A DNA stretch of 64,000 nucleotides from Octopus bimaculoides (lineage: Eukaryota): positions 18,339,599 to 18,403,598 of the forward strand of contig NC_068983.1 in assembly GCF_001194135.2 (NCBI RefSeq), written 5' to 3'. A model generated the notes under the pieces. That model was not told the DNA's origin, made no database searches, and saw only the letters and a list, made by a program, of their open reading frames with translations. This document shows, in pieces, positions 1 through 10,967 of the stretch (its first letter is position 1; each line of letters starts with the position of its first letter). The position numbers and the translations under genes were made by a program.

Positions 1-107
1 ACAAGCTAGCATATAACACGCGAGCAGAAAGATAGCCCGTACATCTACATACAGGCATACATACACCCCACTTCATGCATAATATATATATGTATATATG
101 TATATTC

Positions 108-142
<35 letters not shown>

Positions 143-192
143 CATTCGTATGTGTGTGAGTGTGTATATATCCTTATCTATATATTTATGTG

Positions 193-246
<54 letters not shown>

Positions 247-855
247 TATCTAGCACCAACGGGAAAATTTGTGTACTCTATATACCTATTAATTATTTGT
301 ATCAATGTAATTCAATATTCCATAATCTGGCAATCCATAACAATTTGTATTCAATGTGAAACAGAATTCGTGCCGATTAACATTCATGATCTTCCTAATA
401 GTATTATTAGGGTAAAGTAAAAACGACAGTATCACCAGGGGAATGTAATAACGTCTAGAATTCATTTCTTCGAGTTATTATTTGCTCATCTACCACTAAC
501 TATTCCTTCGTGTGTAGTTGTTCATGTAGCATGAGATCGAATTGTAGAAAGGGGTGTTATTCTGGAGAGAATGTTGTCAAGTAAATTATGCGTTATGTAT
601 TTTGCCAATTTTAGTCAGCTATAAGCAAGTCGATCCGAGTCTATTCACTATTAATTTCATAAGACAAAATCTGCACCCAGTTTTATTCTTCTGAATATAT
701 GTGATTATATTTCAAAATATATGACAGTCTACTTTCTGTTTTTCCTTTGTGTTTTGTTTATGGTTCAAGTATATTCGTCTTAATGATAGCATTTAAGGAA
801 TAGGAGAGCAATAACGTGCACATACGTACACACGGGTATAGATATATATATATAT

Positions 856-1630
856 AAAATCAAAATAAGCAACAAAGATATCCAAAGTTAATGCAGTACG
901 ATCGTGTCATGCGACTCCATTTATTTATGCAAGGTGAACATTACATCAAATGTAAAATGCAGAGCAATCCTCAGCTGCACAAAGATATAGAAATTTAGTG
1001 AAATTTCATATTTTTGTAACTACATTTAAACTCTCCAAGTAGAAAGGAAGAATACGACAAACCATTTTGACTTAGCTAGACCATACAGGCTAGTAATTAA
1101 TTCTAAGCAGATTTTTAACTGTCACTTTTTATTTGTTTTTTGTTTCTGATTTATGGATCATCTTATCAGACATAGTGAATAAAAGCTTAAGAGGGCACCA
1201 GCATTTTCTGTATAGGGAAAGGGGTAAACAATATAGACAGTATACATGGATGTTATGGTTATAAAGAAATTTTATAACCATATCATCCATGTATACTGTC
1301 TATATTGTTTATCCCTTTCCCTATAAAGAAAATACTAGTGCCCTCTCAAGCTTTGAATCACTATGTCTGATAAGATGATCCATAAATCAGAGACATAACA
1401 ATAAATAAAATCAGTGACAGTTAAAAATCTGCTTAGAATTAATTACTAGCCTGTATGGTCCGGCGAAGTCAAAATGGTTTTTCGTATTCTTCTTTTCTTC
1501 TTGGAAAGTTTACATGTAGTTACAAAAATATGTCCTTCTGTTGAAATGAAATTTCAGTAAATTTCTATATCTTTGTTGCTTATTTTGATTTTAATCACCT
1601 TATTTTGGAATTGTATGGATAATACCATAC
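856..1630. repeat. Fold-back palindrome derived from a PLE 3' terminal repeat
   Basis: 979-1265 is the reverse complement of about 1271-1575 (5-nt loop GAAAT, roughly 90% identity by eye). 856-881 matches 1565-1593. The right-arm tail 1563-1630 is homologous to 50880-50945, downstream of the PLE ORF. The left end abuts (TA)n at 841-855. Confidence 0.85.
891..980 (-). ncRNA. Type I hammerhead ribozyme motif, A14>C substitution (likely inactive)
   Basis: Minus strand reads GTGCAG-CTGAGGA-[59-nt domain II, TTGC...GCAT]-GACAC-GATC-GTA-CTGCAT. Stem I has 6 bp, stem III is the palindrome ACGATCGT, and the cleavage triplet is GUA. Confidence 0.8.
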
Positions 1631-1689
1631 TTGATTCTGGTGTCTAAACTTAAGAACCATATTCACCTTGAATCTCTCTNNNNNNNNNN

Positions 1690-2120
1690 TGTATATAGGT
1701 GCATATCGGGGTACAGGACATTGCAAACAAAACGTAGACAAGAAAATAATAGTAACCAGAGTACAGAACACACACAGGCCACATAGAGAACATTTTCCTT
1801 CATCAGCTATCCCCGTTTTAACACCGGCGTTTCGAAGAGTTGGGCAGGACGCATCGATTAAACGGATCTTCCCATGGACCGCAAATTAAATTTGTATACA
1901 CAAATTAAACCTGTTCCATGGAAGAACGTAGTGTCAGACAAAAAACAAGACAGGAAAACAAACGGAAAAGGCTATGCGGCCAGACGTGAAACATTATGTG
2001 TATATGAACGCTGTGAGGCACGAACTTGAAAGTGGGGACGAAGTAAGTTCGCGTGTTTGTTCGGCGATAGTCAAGGAAGAAAAGGATTAATGACCGGAAG
2101 CATGTGACCATGCAGGGGTA

Positions 2121-2173
<53 letters not shown>

Positions 2174-2400
2174 TAGAGAAGAATAGGTGAACAACGAGAG
2201 AAAGAGAGGAAGAGAGGAATATAGTAGTAAAAGAAGGAAGTACGAGGGGGGAAAGAGAGAGATATAGTAGTAACAGAAGGAAGAACGATAGGGGTAAAGA
2301 GAGATACGGAGTAGTAACAGAGGAAGAACGAGAGGGGGAAAAGTGATAGAGAAAGAGATAGAGTCGCGTCAGAAAATATACAAACATAAGAGTTTTATGC
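1690..2400. mobile_element. Unclassified interspersed repeat, possibly a PLE terminus, with a purine-rich tail
   Basis: 1690-1830 is homologous to the reverse complement of 16916-17103 (shared GCATAT..GGGTACAGGAC). It contains three ~43-bp purine-rich tandem units at 2219-2345. Confidence 0.45.
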
Positions 2401-3784
2401 ATATAAGTACATGCATATATATTAATGAAAAATCTATTGTAAATAAAATGAAAGGTAAAAATAATTATAACGTACAGGGAGTGTACAACAGGACGGGGGA
2501 CAGACACATAAGGGCCCTAATTCTTCCTTGATTATCAACCAGATTGTGTTACTCAGTTTCACACTATTTTGTAGAACCTCTTCATTTGTACATACTGATT
2601 GCTGTCAGAATAAACGCACACATCCATCATCCATCGTTTGGGAAAATCTGATACAAATGATCAATATAATATCCCACTCGTGTGTATACATTATAATATT
2701 CTAATTCCGCTTTACTGCAAAACCAGATCATATTGAAAAGTAAAGTGCAATCCCCATCTAGCCTGATTAAATGATTGAAAATTATTTCTATTGACTATAA
2801 ATTACTTCTCAAAAACAGGCACTAATGCTAAAGTAAGTCAATATTTTCGCTTCCATAGGATTATGATGTTGGAGATGCAGCAGAATACGTTTAATTACTT
2901 CGTTTCCTCTGAATACATTTCAGATCAAATTCCTTCGGAATTACTGCGACGAATGCAATGTTTTATACATACATACATGCACACATACATACATGCATAC
3001 ATACATACATACATACATACATACATACATACTTCACACATATACGTGTATTTAGATATATCTAATATCTATTTTTCGTGAAATTTTCAAGTGAATGGAA
3101 TAAACATTTCGTAAGTTATATGGAAATAAACAATCTTCCAAATTGCAGCGGCCAAAAGTTCAGGGTCACATACAAAAAATTAACTAATAACCGAGGTGTT
3201 TTTTGTTTAGAAGACTGTTAATGGGCTAACAGTTACTTCTTATGATCTTACATTATTGGACGTAACAACATCCGTGTTCTCGTCGGAGATCACGGATTTT
3301 GTTACGTAAGTAAGACGTTAATGTTCGAAACTGCAGTATATAGCTAATTCTTTATTTTGTATATTCCTCATTTTGTCTTGTTCTGGTGTTTTGCGAAATT
3401 TTTCTGGAGAACATTTTTTTTTCTTTGTGGTTGGGTCGTTGATGACTTTTTACTAGCATATTGGATGTCCGCCTAGTGGTCATCCTGTATACACGTGTAA
3501 TACATTTTTTTCTGAATTTTCAGATTTTTTGTATATGCTAGGTCACTTGGTTTTAAATTGAATTGATATTCAATTTATTAACCTATGTATATAAACAATA
3601 ATTTAAATAGTTATGTTCTCCAGCCGGCAACATATACTGTAGGGGAATTCTTCTCTGCAGAATTGTTTCCGGAATTTTGCGCGCCGGAGCTGAGGTATTT
3701 TGAAAAATAGCCCCAATGTCGTTGATGACCTCTTTCTAGCACATTGGATGTCTATCTAGTGGTTAGTGGTCATTTCTAATACAC

Positions 3785-3841
<57 letters not shown>

Positions 3842-3854
3842 CACACATATATAT

Positions 3855-3987
3855 TGTTGTATCTGGGGAGAGTCATTCTCTTTTAATGCCTTATTCAAAA
3901 CGTTCACCGATTTTGTTTCCAATTATTTACTTAAATATTTTTTCTAATTTTTTCGTAGCGTCTTCCAACCTTATCTATAGTCGTTGA
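3855..3987 (-). repeat. Copy of a pLTR-like repeat, inverted partner of 4838-4975
   Basis: CAACCTTATCTATAGTCGTTGACTCTG (3960-3987) is the reverse complement of CAGAGCCAACGACTATTGAAAAGGTTG (4843-4869) with mismatches. The GGAGAGTCATTCTCTTTTA(A/G)TGCCTTAT segment recurs at 62565-62592. Confidence 0.65.
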
Positions 3988-4111
3988 CTCTGTACGTTAT
4001 CCGAACTGCGTTTTTGTGCGTGTTTGTGCGCATGTGTGTAGGTTTCTGTGCGTGCGCATACACATATGTATGTTTGTATGCATTTATGTGTGTACATGCA
4101 TGTATGTGTGT

Positions 4112-4342
4112 TATTTCTTTACTACCCACAAGGGGCTACACACAGATGGGACAAACAAGGACAGACACACGGATTAAGTCGATTATATCGAGCCCAGTGT
4201 GTAACTGGTACTTAATTTATCGACCCCGAAAGGATGAAAGGCAGAGTCGACCTCGGCGGAATTTGAACTCAGAACGTAGCGGCAGACGAAATACTGCTAA
4301 GCATTTCGCCCAGCATGCTAACGATTCTGCCAGCTCACCGCC
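4112..4342 (-). mobile_element. tRNA-derived SINE family B (central GAGGTCGACT..GCCTTTCATCCTTTCGGGGTCGATAAA domain, Nin/Sauria-like), full length
   Basis: Reverse complement begins GGCGGTGAGCTGGCAGAATCGTTAGC (A box) and contains GAGTTCAAATTCC (B box). Homologous to copies at 28025-28635 and 38518-38930. Confidence 0.9.
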
Positions 4343-4837
4343 TTATACATGTATGTGTGTGTATGCATATAAATATGTATGCGTGTATGTTTGTATGTAT
4401 GTATTCTGGACATTCATGTGTTTGTGTGTTGGTGTTTGTTTTTTGTATGTGTGTGAGTGTGTGTTTGCATGTGTGCGTGCGTGTGCGTGTACCTTTGTCT
4501 CTCTGTGAGTACATGTCTGAGTAAATCCGTGTATGGTTTTTTTGCGACTGTACTGCGTCTGTTATGCATAAATGTGTGTCTCCATTTGTGTTATTGTGTG
4601 AAGTGAAGTGTGTGTGTGTGTGTATGGGCACGTGTTTCAGTCTTCATTAGCCTATATATGTGTGTATGTGTGTATGTGTGTTTGTTTTTATTACATATGT
4701 ACCTGTCTGTATGTCTATCTGTTTACATTCATATCCATTTACCTACATACATATGCATATGCATATACATATATGTACATATACACACACATACATACAT
4801 CTACATAACAGCCCACTAACTATTCTATCCGTGTATA

Positions 4838-5040
4838 ACAGACAGAGCCAACGACTATTGAAAAGGTTGCTAGACGCAACGAAACGTTTAGAAAAAAATA
4901 TATAAGTATATAAGTGGAAATTAAACCGGTGAGCGTTCTAAATAATAAGCACTGAATGAAAATGCCTCTCCCCTGACACAACAAAATATGCTTCAACACA
5001 CGAACTCACATAAAGAATCTTGCAAACCAAATCCCAAAAC
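4838..5040 (+). mobile_element. pLTR-like repeat containing a degenerate hammerhead, ending at (TA)n
   Basis: Homologous to 3855-3987 (inverted) and 62470-62595 (inverted); ends at the TA tract at 5041-5058. Confidence 0.55.
4855..4891 (+). ncRNA. Degenerate minimal type I hammerhead motif
   Basis: CTA-TTGAAAA-G-GTTGC-TAGAC-GCAAC-GAAAC-GTT-TAG. Perfect 5-bp stem II, 3-bp stem I, two core mismatches versus CUGANGA. Confidence 0.5.
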
Positions 5041-5061
5041 GATATATATATATATATATTC

Positions 5062-5220
5062 CCGTAAAAGACTGTTCTTTGAGCCACTTCCTCCACACTC
5101 ACCAGATTTAGCGCCTTCAAACTATCATCTCTTCGCCGCCACGAAAGAGCGTTTGAGAGGCAAACATTATTCCAGTGACGAGGAAGTGAAAACTGTAGTG
5201 ATGAAGTGGCTCAAAAATGC
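5062..5220 (+). mobile_element. Mariner transposase C-terminal fragment
   Basis: Translates to LPPHSPDLAPSNYHLFAATKERLRGKHYSSDEEVKTVVMKWL, matching the mariner HPPYSPDLAPSDYHLF motif. Confidence 0.85.
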
Positions 5221-5385
5221 GGACAGCTGGCAGAATCGTTAGGTTCATGGCAAATTGTTTAACATTATTCTTTACGCTCTGAGATCAAATTCCGCCGCGG
5301 TCGATTTTTGTCTTTCAACATTTCGGGCTCGATAATACGAATACCAGTTGAATACCAGAGTTGATGTAATCCACTTACCCATCTC
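5221..5385 (+). mobile_element. Old SINE family B copy
   Basis: AGCTGGCAGAATCGTTAG head, GAGATCAAATTCCGCCGCGGTCGA, and TTTCGGGCTCGATAA. Confidence 0.75.
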
Positions 5386-6638
5386 TGCTATTGCTGGCCT
5401 TGTACAATAATTTGAAATCAATTTTGAATTTCTGCCGATATATATTCTAGGGTACAAATAGGATTTTGTTGAGATCGAACTACGATATATTTTAATAAGA
5501 ACTCATAATTTCCACCAAATCTTTTAAAACATAGATGAAGAGTTAATATCTCTGCACACGACGTCTCCAAAATTAAATTTCATTCATTGCCAGAATGTAT
5601 TCTTTTTATGTAACATATACCCTTGAGGAAAGCCATTACAACAGATCCATAACCAGCTACAAGCGATAAACTTATTTAGATTTTTATTCCATTCAATATC
5701 TACCTATGCAAAATTCCTTTCTCGCGACAAAACTTATAATAATAGGAATGGTAGTAGTGATGATTGTAGTAGTAGTATCATTATTATTATTTATTGTCGT
5801 AGGTGTTGGAGTAAAGCAAATCTATGCGTTTGAAATAATCGGAATAATCGGGAAATAGAATAAGTAACGAGAAACGAGTGATAATAATAGACGTGTCACA
5901 TTATCAAGGAATGATAGCTTGTTATTGCTTCCATCTCTTCTGTTTTTCCTCTGAATTTTTGTCTAAGTATTTTCTTTCTCTTATCTTCCGTTTCAATTGA
6001 TATGTTCACAGTAATATTTATTTCCAGTTTCTTGTAGTGTCAAATTAATAGGATGTATAACGTTCAGTTATTGTCTCACTTTCTACAATTGAGATATGCA
6101 ACTCCATAACTAGAATCTTCACTAATATATATCTCACTATTACATCGATAAATTCCTTACTGGGCTGAATAAAGATTTTACATTAAATTTCAAATTATAG
6201 TTAACATACAGGAAAACATAATATTGTGTTAGCTGAAGACGGAAAAGTTGAAGAAAACATAAAGACGCGATGAAGAATGAAACATTTCATAAAAGTCTGA
6301 AAGCAGTTAATATTCCAGTATATTCTAGAGAAACTTGAATTATATGTAAGCGGTTTTAATGGCCCTTCTTATAGATTATTCAAAAAAAAATTAATCGGAG
6401 TTATTTAAATGAGCGTTATGGACAAATATAAAATTAAATCTCGGTTTACTTTAAAGTTCCGACAAATAAAATAAATTTCATAGAAAGCAAGAAGACCAAA
6501 TGTGTACAAGTAGTCGTCACAAGCACAATAGCAAACACTGACACGTACATGATTACGCACATTTCATATATATATATATATATATANNNNNNNNNNNNNN
6601 NNNNNNNNNNNNNNNNNNNNNNNNNNNNNNNNNNNNNN

Positions 6639-6679
<41 letters not shown>

Positions 6680-8173
6680 AAGAGAGAATTTTTAATTAAG
6701 GTACTCAGAAACCTGGATGTTTGTACATTTGCAAATGTTTATTAATGTCACATATTAAATGAAGCGCTTTTCAGCTAGTCGTGTAGGTTTTTTTCAAATA
6801 AAATCGTATACACATCAGCCGAGACACATATACACGCGTAAGTACTCTTCGTTAATATATGTGTATATAATTTTGCACGTTGAGTGTAAATTCGCATTGG
6901 TATTGAATATCAATAAAAATGTTTTTTAAAATATATTTCATGGTAAAATCAATATTTTCTAATTGTCAATCTAATTTTTCGTGAACCGTCGCATGTACAC
7001 AATAGAAGTGAAAATGTATGCACGTTGTACGTGAGTATGTGCGTATGTCCATATTTTTTTCGTCCGAAAATATTTATCTTTTACTAACTATCAGAATTGA
7101 ATCAAGTCACTAGCAAAAATGAATACAGTTACTGAGGCTTGTGGATATCTGCATTGGCTGGGGTTGTGCGTATGTGTGCGTATGGATTAATATGCACTCA
7201 CGTGGTGAGTGGGAACGCTATTTTAGTTCCTAAGTGTGAGTTTCATTTCTCTCTGCTTGATATTAAACAAGATTTTCAGTGTAACGCCAAACGATTGTAT
7301 TTAGAAAATGCGAATCCGTTTCTAAAGTCCTTTGCTGAAAAGCTCCAGGCTTTAGACAAACCTGTTGCAAAGTATTCACGTGAACCTGTCGTAATGATAA
7401 CAAATGAAAATCTATAGCTTGGTTATAAGAGGCTCTTTTTCATAACGTTTGAAGAGACATTCACATTTTCAAGGCTGCTGGTCTTCCCAGCATTGCATGT
7501 TAATTACTCAAACACCTGCAAAATAATGTGAGCCTGTTGTACTTACACAAAATATACTATAGCTCCTGTGTGCATTTACAATATCATTGGATCAATCCTT
7601 CATGAGTATAGCACTGTAGACGAATTTAACCATACTATCATATCTTGTAGAAATATTGTAACTTAGGGATATTTTTGGATATTGATGGTGATGCCGGTGA
7701 TATTTTCAAAACGGCTATGAGACATGGATATCTTGTATCGCTATACAGACTCCTCGGTGTATCCTTATATCTTTCAAGGGTCAAGTATTCAGTAAACGCG
7801 TAAATTTCACGGTGTCGCGGAATGTATCTACCGCTGTTTCAGAAAAAGCTACTAACCTTGTGGTATGATAAGTATTCAATATCTCTGAATGTCAGTATAT
7901 TATATAATACATAAATGCATCTCAGAGTGCACATATTTTCAGAGTTGAAACAACTGAAGGTTAATATACGCAGTAACTTAAATCTTTTTCTTCTGTCATT
8001 TTCTATTAATATCACACTCTGTACTGATTGTTTGGTTGATATCAGAATACAGAGGGCGTTACTGAATCCACACCTTGATATTGATAGCGCACAAGTTTTA
8101 TGTATATATAACTAACTATCCACACACACACACACGCACATACACACACACATGTACACACACACACACATAT

Positions 8174-8210
<37 letters not shown>

Positions 8211-8661
8211 GGCACACACGCACACACAGACACACACACAAACACAACATACACACATACATACGCATATATGTATGTTATATCTAAAAAGGAGAATTCA
8301 GGTAGCTTCAACAATTTAGAATAATGCAATGTATACTCAGCTATAAAACCGGTGTATGCAAATTATTAAAATATATTTAATGTATTCCTCATTGAAATAT
8401 TAAAGCGCATTAAAAATTGACAGATACATAAATATACAAAATATAATAAACATATATGGGTAGAAAACCTATACTATATTAGCATCTTAATAGGTATATA
8501 CTGAAGACATCGTCCTACTAACAGATTAAGAGTGTTGTTAAAAAGATATTAAAAAAATATATTGAAAAGGTGAATAAAGAAACGTTTGAGCATTCATATG
8601 GAGGGTAAGTTTCCCAATGAATAGATGGTGGTACTCCAATTTCAAGAATTGAGTGCTGATA

Positions 8662-8750
8662 CTCCGACTGTCGTTTCAACGGTACATTAATCCATACAAA
8701 TAAAGACTATTCCTATCCAAATATTAGAAATTGCCTTCTACAACAGGGAA
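8662..8750 (-). ncRNA. Degenerate type I hammerhead downstream of the GIY-YIG ORF
   Basis: TTCC-CTGTTGT-[62 nt, AGAAGG...CCGTT]-GAAAC-GACA-GTC-GGAG. 4-bp stem I, GUC triplet, core A6>U and A9>U. Confidence 0.5.
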
Positions 8751-9079
8751 AATGTGTTAGTTAAGGATTCACACTTCATATACTGTCACAATATGTAAAC
8801 GGGCGTTTGGCTTTATAAAGAGCCTATACACGTTAGCAGGAAGAGGAAATATTATAGCAAGAATTGTGGGAAATAAATTCAGGACATATGGTAGATTATA
8901 AGCAAGCACTTATTTGCTAAGAGGAAGGTGAGGAGAGTGTGAGTATAAATATAAGGTGGAATGTGGCTATTTATAAAGGTGAATGATCAAACTATGCAGG
9001 TTGATCAAAATGCTTAAATGTTGGATTGTATCTATGGTTACAAGAGTACATAGTATCATAGAACTATTCAATAATGTAG

Positions 9080-9606
9080 AGATATATCGACGGAGAATGT
9101 TTATAGATTCTTTAATATGTTGTATACATACACGCGTAATTTTATTATACGGAGGTACTTCTGCTATTATAGACCAATATAATGAATATATACCACTGGT
9201 TGCGATTTTGCAACACAAAACCTGCTCCTACTTCTTTGGACATGAACTCGCCGAGAAGCATCTGACTGAGCATACAAAATGTTCAGTATGTAGTCGACAC
9301 CCGTAGCTAACAGTCGCATACTGTCATTCTCTTCCGGATTGTGAAAGCTTACCATAACATTTAATCGAAATACAGTGAAATTTTAAGACTTCATTTTGTA
9401 ATGGGCATGCATGGGTTAAGTTCGTGTAGATATGTGGCTAGCATTGTTGAGAATTTATATTTTAAGTTAGTAAAACAATTCAAACGAGCCCGATAGCGAC
9501 GCTTAAAACCAATAATACATCCAATGTAAATCCTTACCTTATGTGTGGCAGGAGTCTTGATACACCACTGATAAAGTACATTTCTGTGCAGACAGGATCC
9601 ACTTGC
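9080..9606 (-). pseudogene. PLE GIY-YIG endonuclease fragment (interrupted)
   Basis: SGSCLHRNVLYQ..KVRIYIGCIIGFKRRY..FTNLKYKFSTMLATYLHEL and YWSIIAEVPPYNKITRVC..LLNS match the PLE GIY-YIG pattern (C..NVIYQ, YIG, FKxRY, STxLSxYIWEL, WSII..PYN). Confidence 0.85.
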
Positions 9607-10002
9607 TGGAGTACCACCATCTAACCACTGCAAACTTTAATTTCCGTCTGGTTGCTTAAAAATTTCTTTATTCCCCTTTTCACGTGGTTTTACACTTTTA
9701 TTGTTTAATATCTTTTTTAACAATGCTCTTAATCTGTGAGTAGGACGATGTCTTCAATATATACCTATTAAGATGCTAATATATTTTTATACATCAGTAT
9801 AGCTTTTCTACCCATATATGTTTATTATATTTTCATATATTTATGTATCCATCAATTTTAAATATTTTTTTAATATCTTAATCAGTGATACATTAAATAT
9901 ATTTTAATAATTTGCATACACTGGTTTTATGGCTGAATATATGCTATATTATTATTCTAAATTGTTGAACCTACCTGAATTCTCCTTTTAAATATAATAT
10001 AT

Positions 10003-10046
10003 ATATCTAACGTTTCAGGTTGTCTAACTGAGCTCTTCATAGAATT
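10003..10046 (-). ncRNA. Degenerate minimal hammerhead-like motif
   Basis: TCT-ATGAAGA-GCTCAGTTAGACAACCT-GAAAC-GTT-AGA. C3>A, irregular stem II, adjoins (TA)n. Confidence 0.35.
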
Positions 10047-10119
10047 GTGTATATAAAGAAAAATATAACTATATATATAATTTTATTACATAGATTCAAT
10101 AGAACCTAGGCATATTAAC

Positions 10120-10615
10120 TCGTAGAACACCAGAAATGGCTAGGGACGCTGTATAAAGGACACTTTGAAATAAACAAGATTGAATACATCAAGCGTTGAT
10201 CGGATAGAATAGATATAAAAGAACCAAATCCAATTTAGCAGGACTCAGAGGTGGTTCCTTGGTGTGGTGTAGATATACAAAACAAACACAAATCGCATTT
10301 AAAACTTAAAGGAGAAAGAACAAAAAAGAGATTGATTCGTACAATGATTTGAGATGTGAAATATGGTGGCTGTGAGAATGTAAATATGTAGAGGTGATGC
10401 CACTTGTAATCATTGCGTTGGGTAACACAAGCGGTAATTTCGAAAGATTAAAGAACATCTTTGTTGAGAGATAAATTCTCTCTTATAAAAGGAGATTGTG
10501 AAAGATATCAAGAATTTTAAGAAAGGATCAAGCTACATAAGGTCACGAAATGTGACTTGCTATCTAGCAGAATGGACAGGAATAATGCCTAAGGCGGAGA
10601 GATAAAAACAGTTAG
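10120..10615 (+). mobile_element. Dong/R4-like non-LTR retrotransposon 3' end (degenerate RLE domain plus 3' UTR)
   Basis: With frameshifts it reads KEKEQKKIDSYNDLRCEIW..KYVEVMPLVIIALGNTSGNFER, like the RLE C-terminus KE.EK..KY.DL..EI...W....V.PVVIGALG. It runs into (TAA)n. Confidence 0.6.
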
Positions 10616-10764
<149 letters not shown>

Positions 10765-10967
10765 AAAGCCCTGATGTAGTACCAGGCAGTGACTATCATG
10801 GCTTCTGATCGTAACTGATTGGAAGTGTTATCATGTACATTGTTTTGTCTTGGTATAAAAGATAGGTTACAGCAAATATTCTGCCCAATATCACAGATTT
10901 TCTTGGTCGTTGCTTGACCGTAAGCGGTTGAGCATGTCCCTTAGTGGCTGGTGATATGTGCAGATCA

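Larger units (their letters stand above)
8285..9991 (-). mobile_element. 5'-truncated Penelope-like element with inverted terminal duplication
   Basis: 8285-8582 (plus 8622-8638) is the inverted copy of 9664-9991 (plus 9607-9623). The arms flank a minus-strand GIY-YIG fragment and a hammerhead relic. Both ends abut TA-rich microsatellite. Confidence 0.85.

Noticed and set aside
7139-7417. 92-aa ORF
   Set aside because: No canonical ATG start (GTG) or recognisable motif, and no convincing splice signals.
10765-10850. Possible HDV-like ribozyme at the LINE leader
   Set aside because: I could not build P1/P2/P3 pairings by eye; left as a test in the Dong finding.
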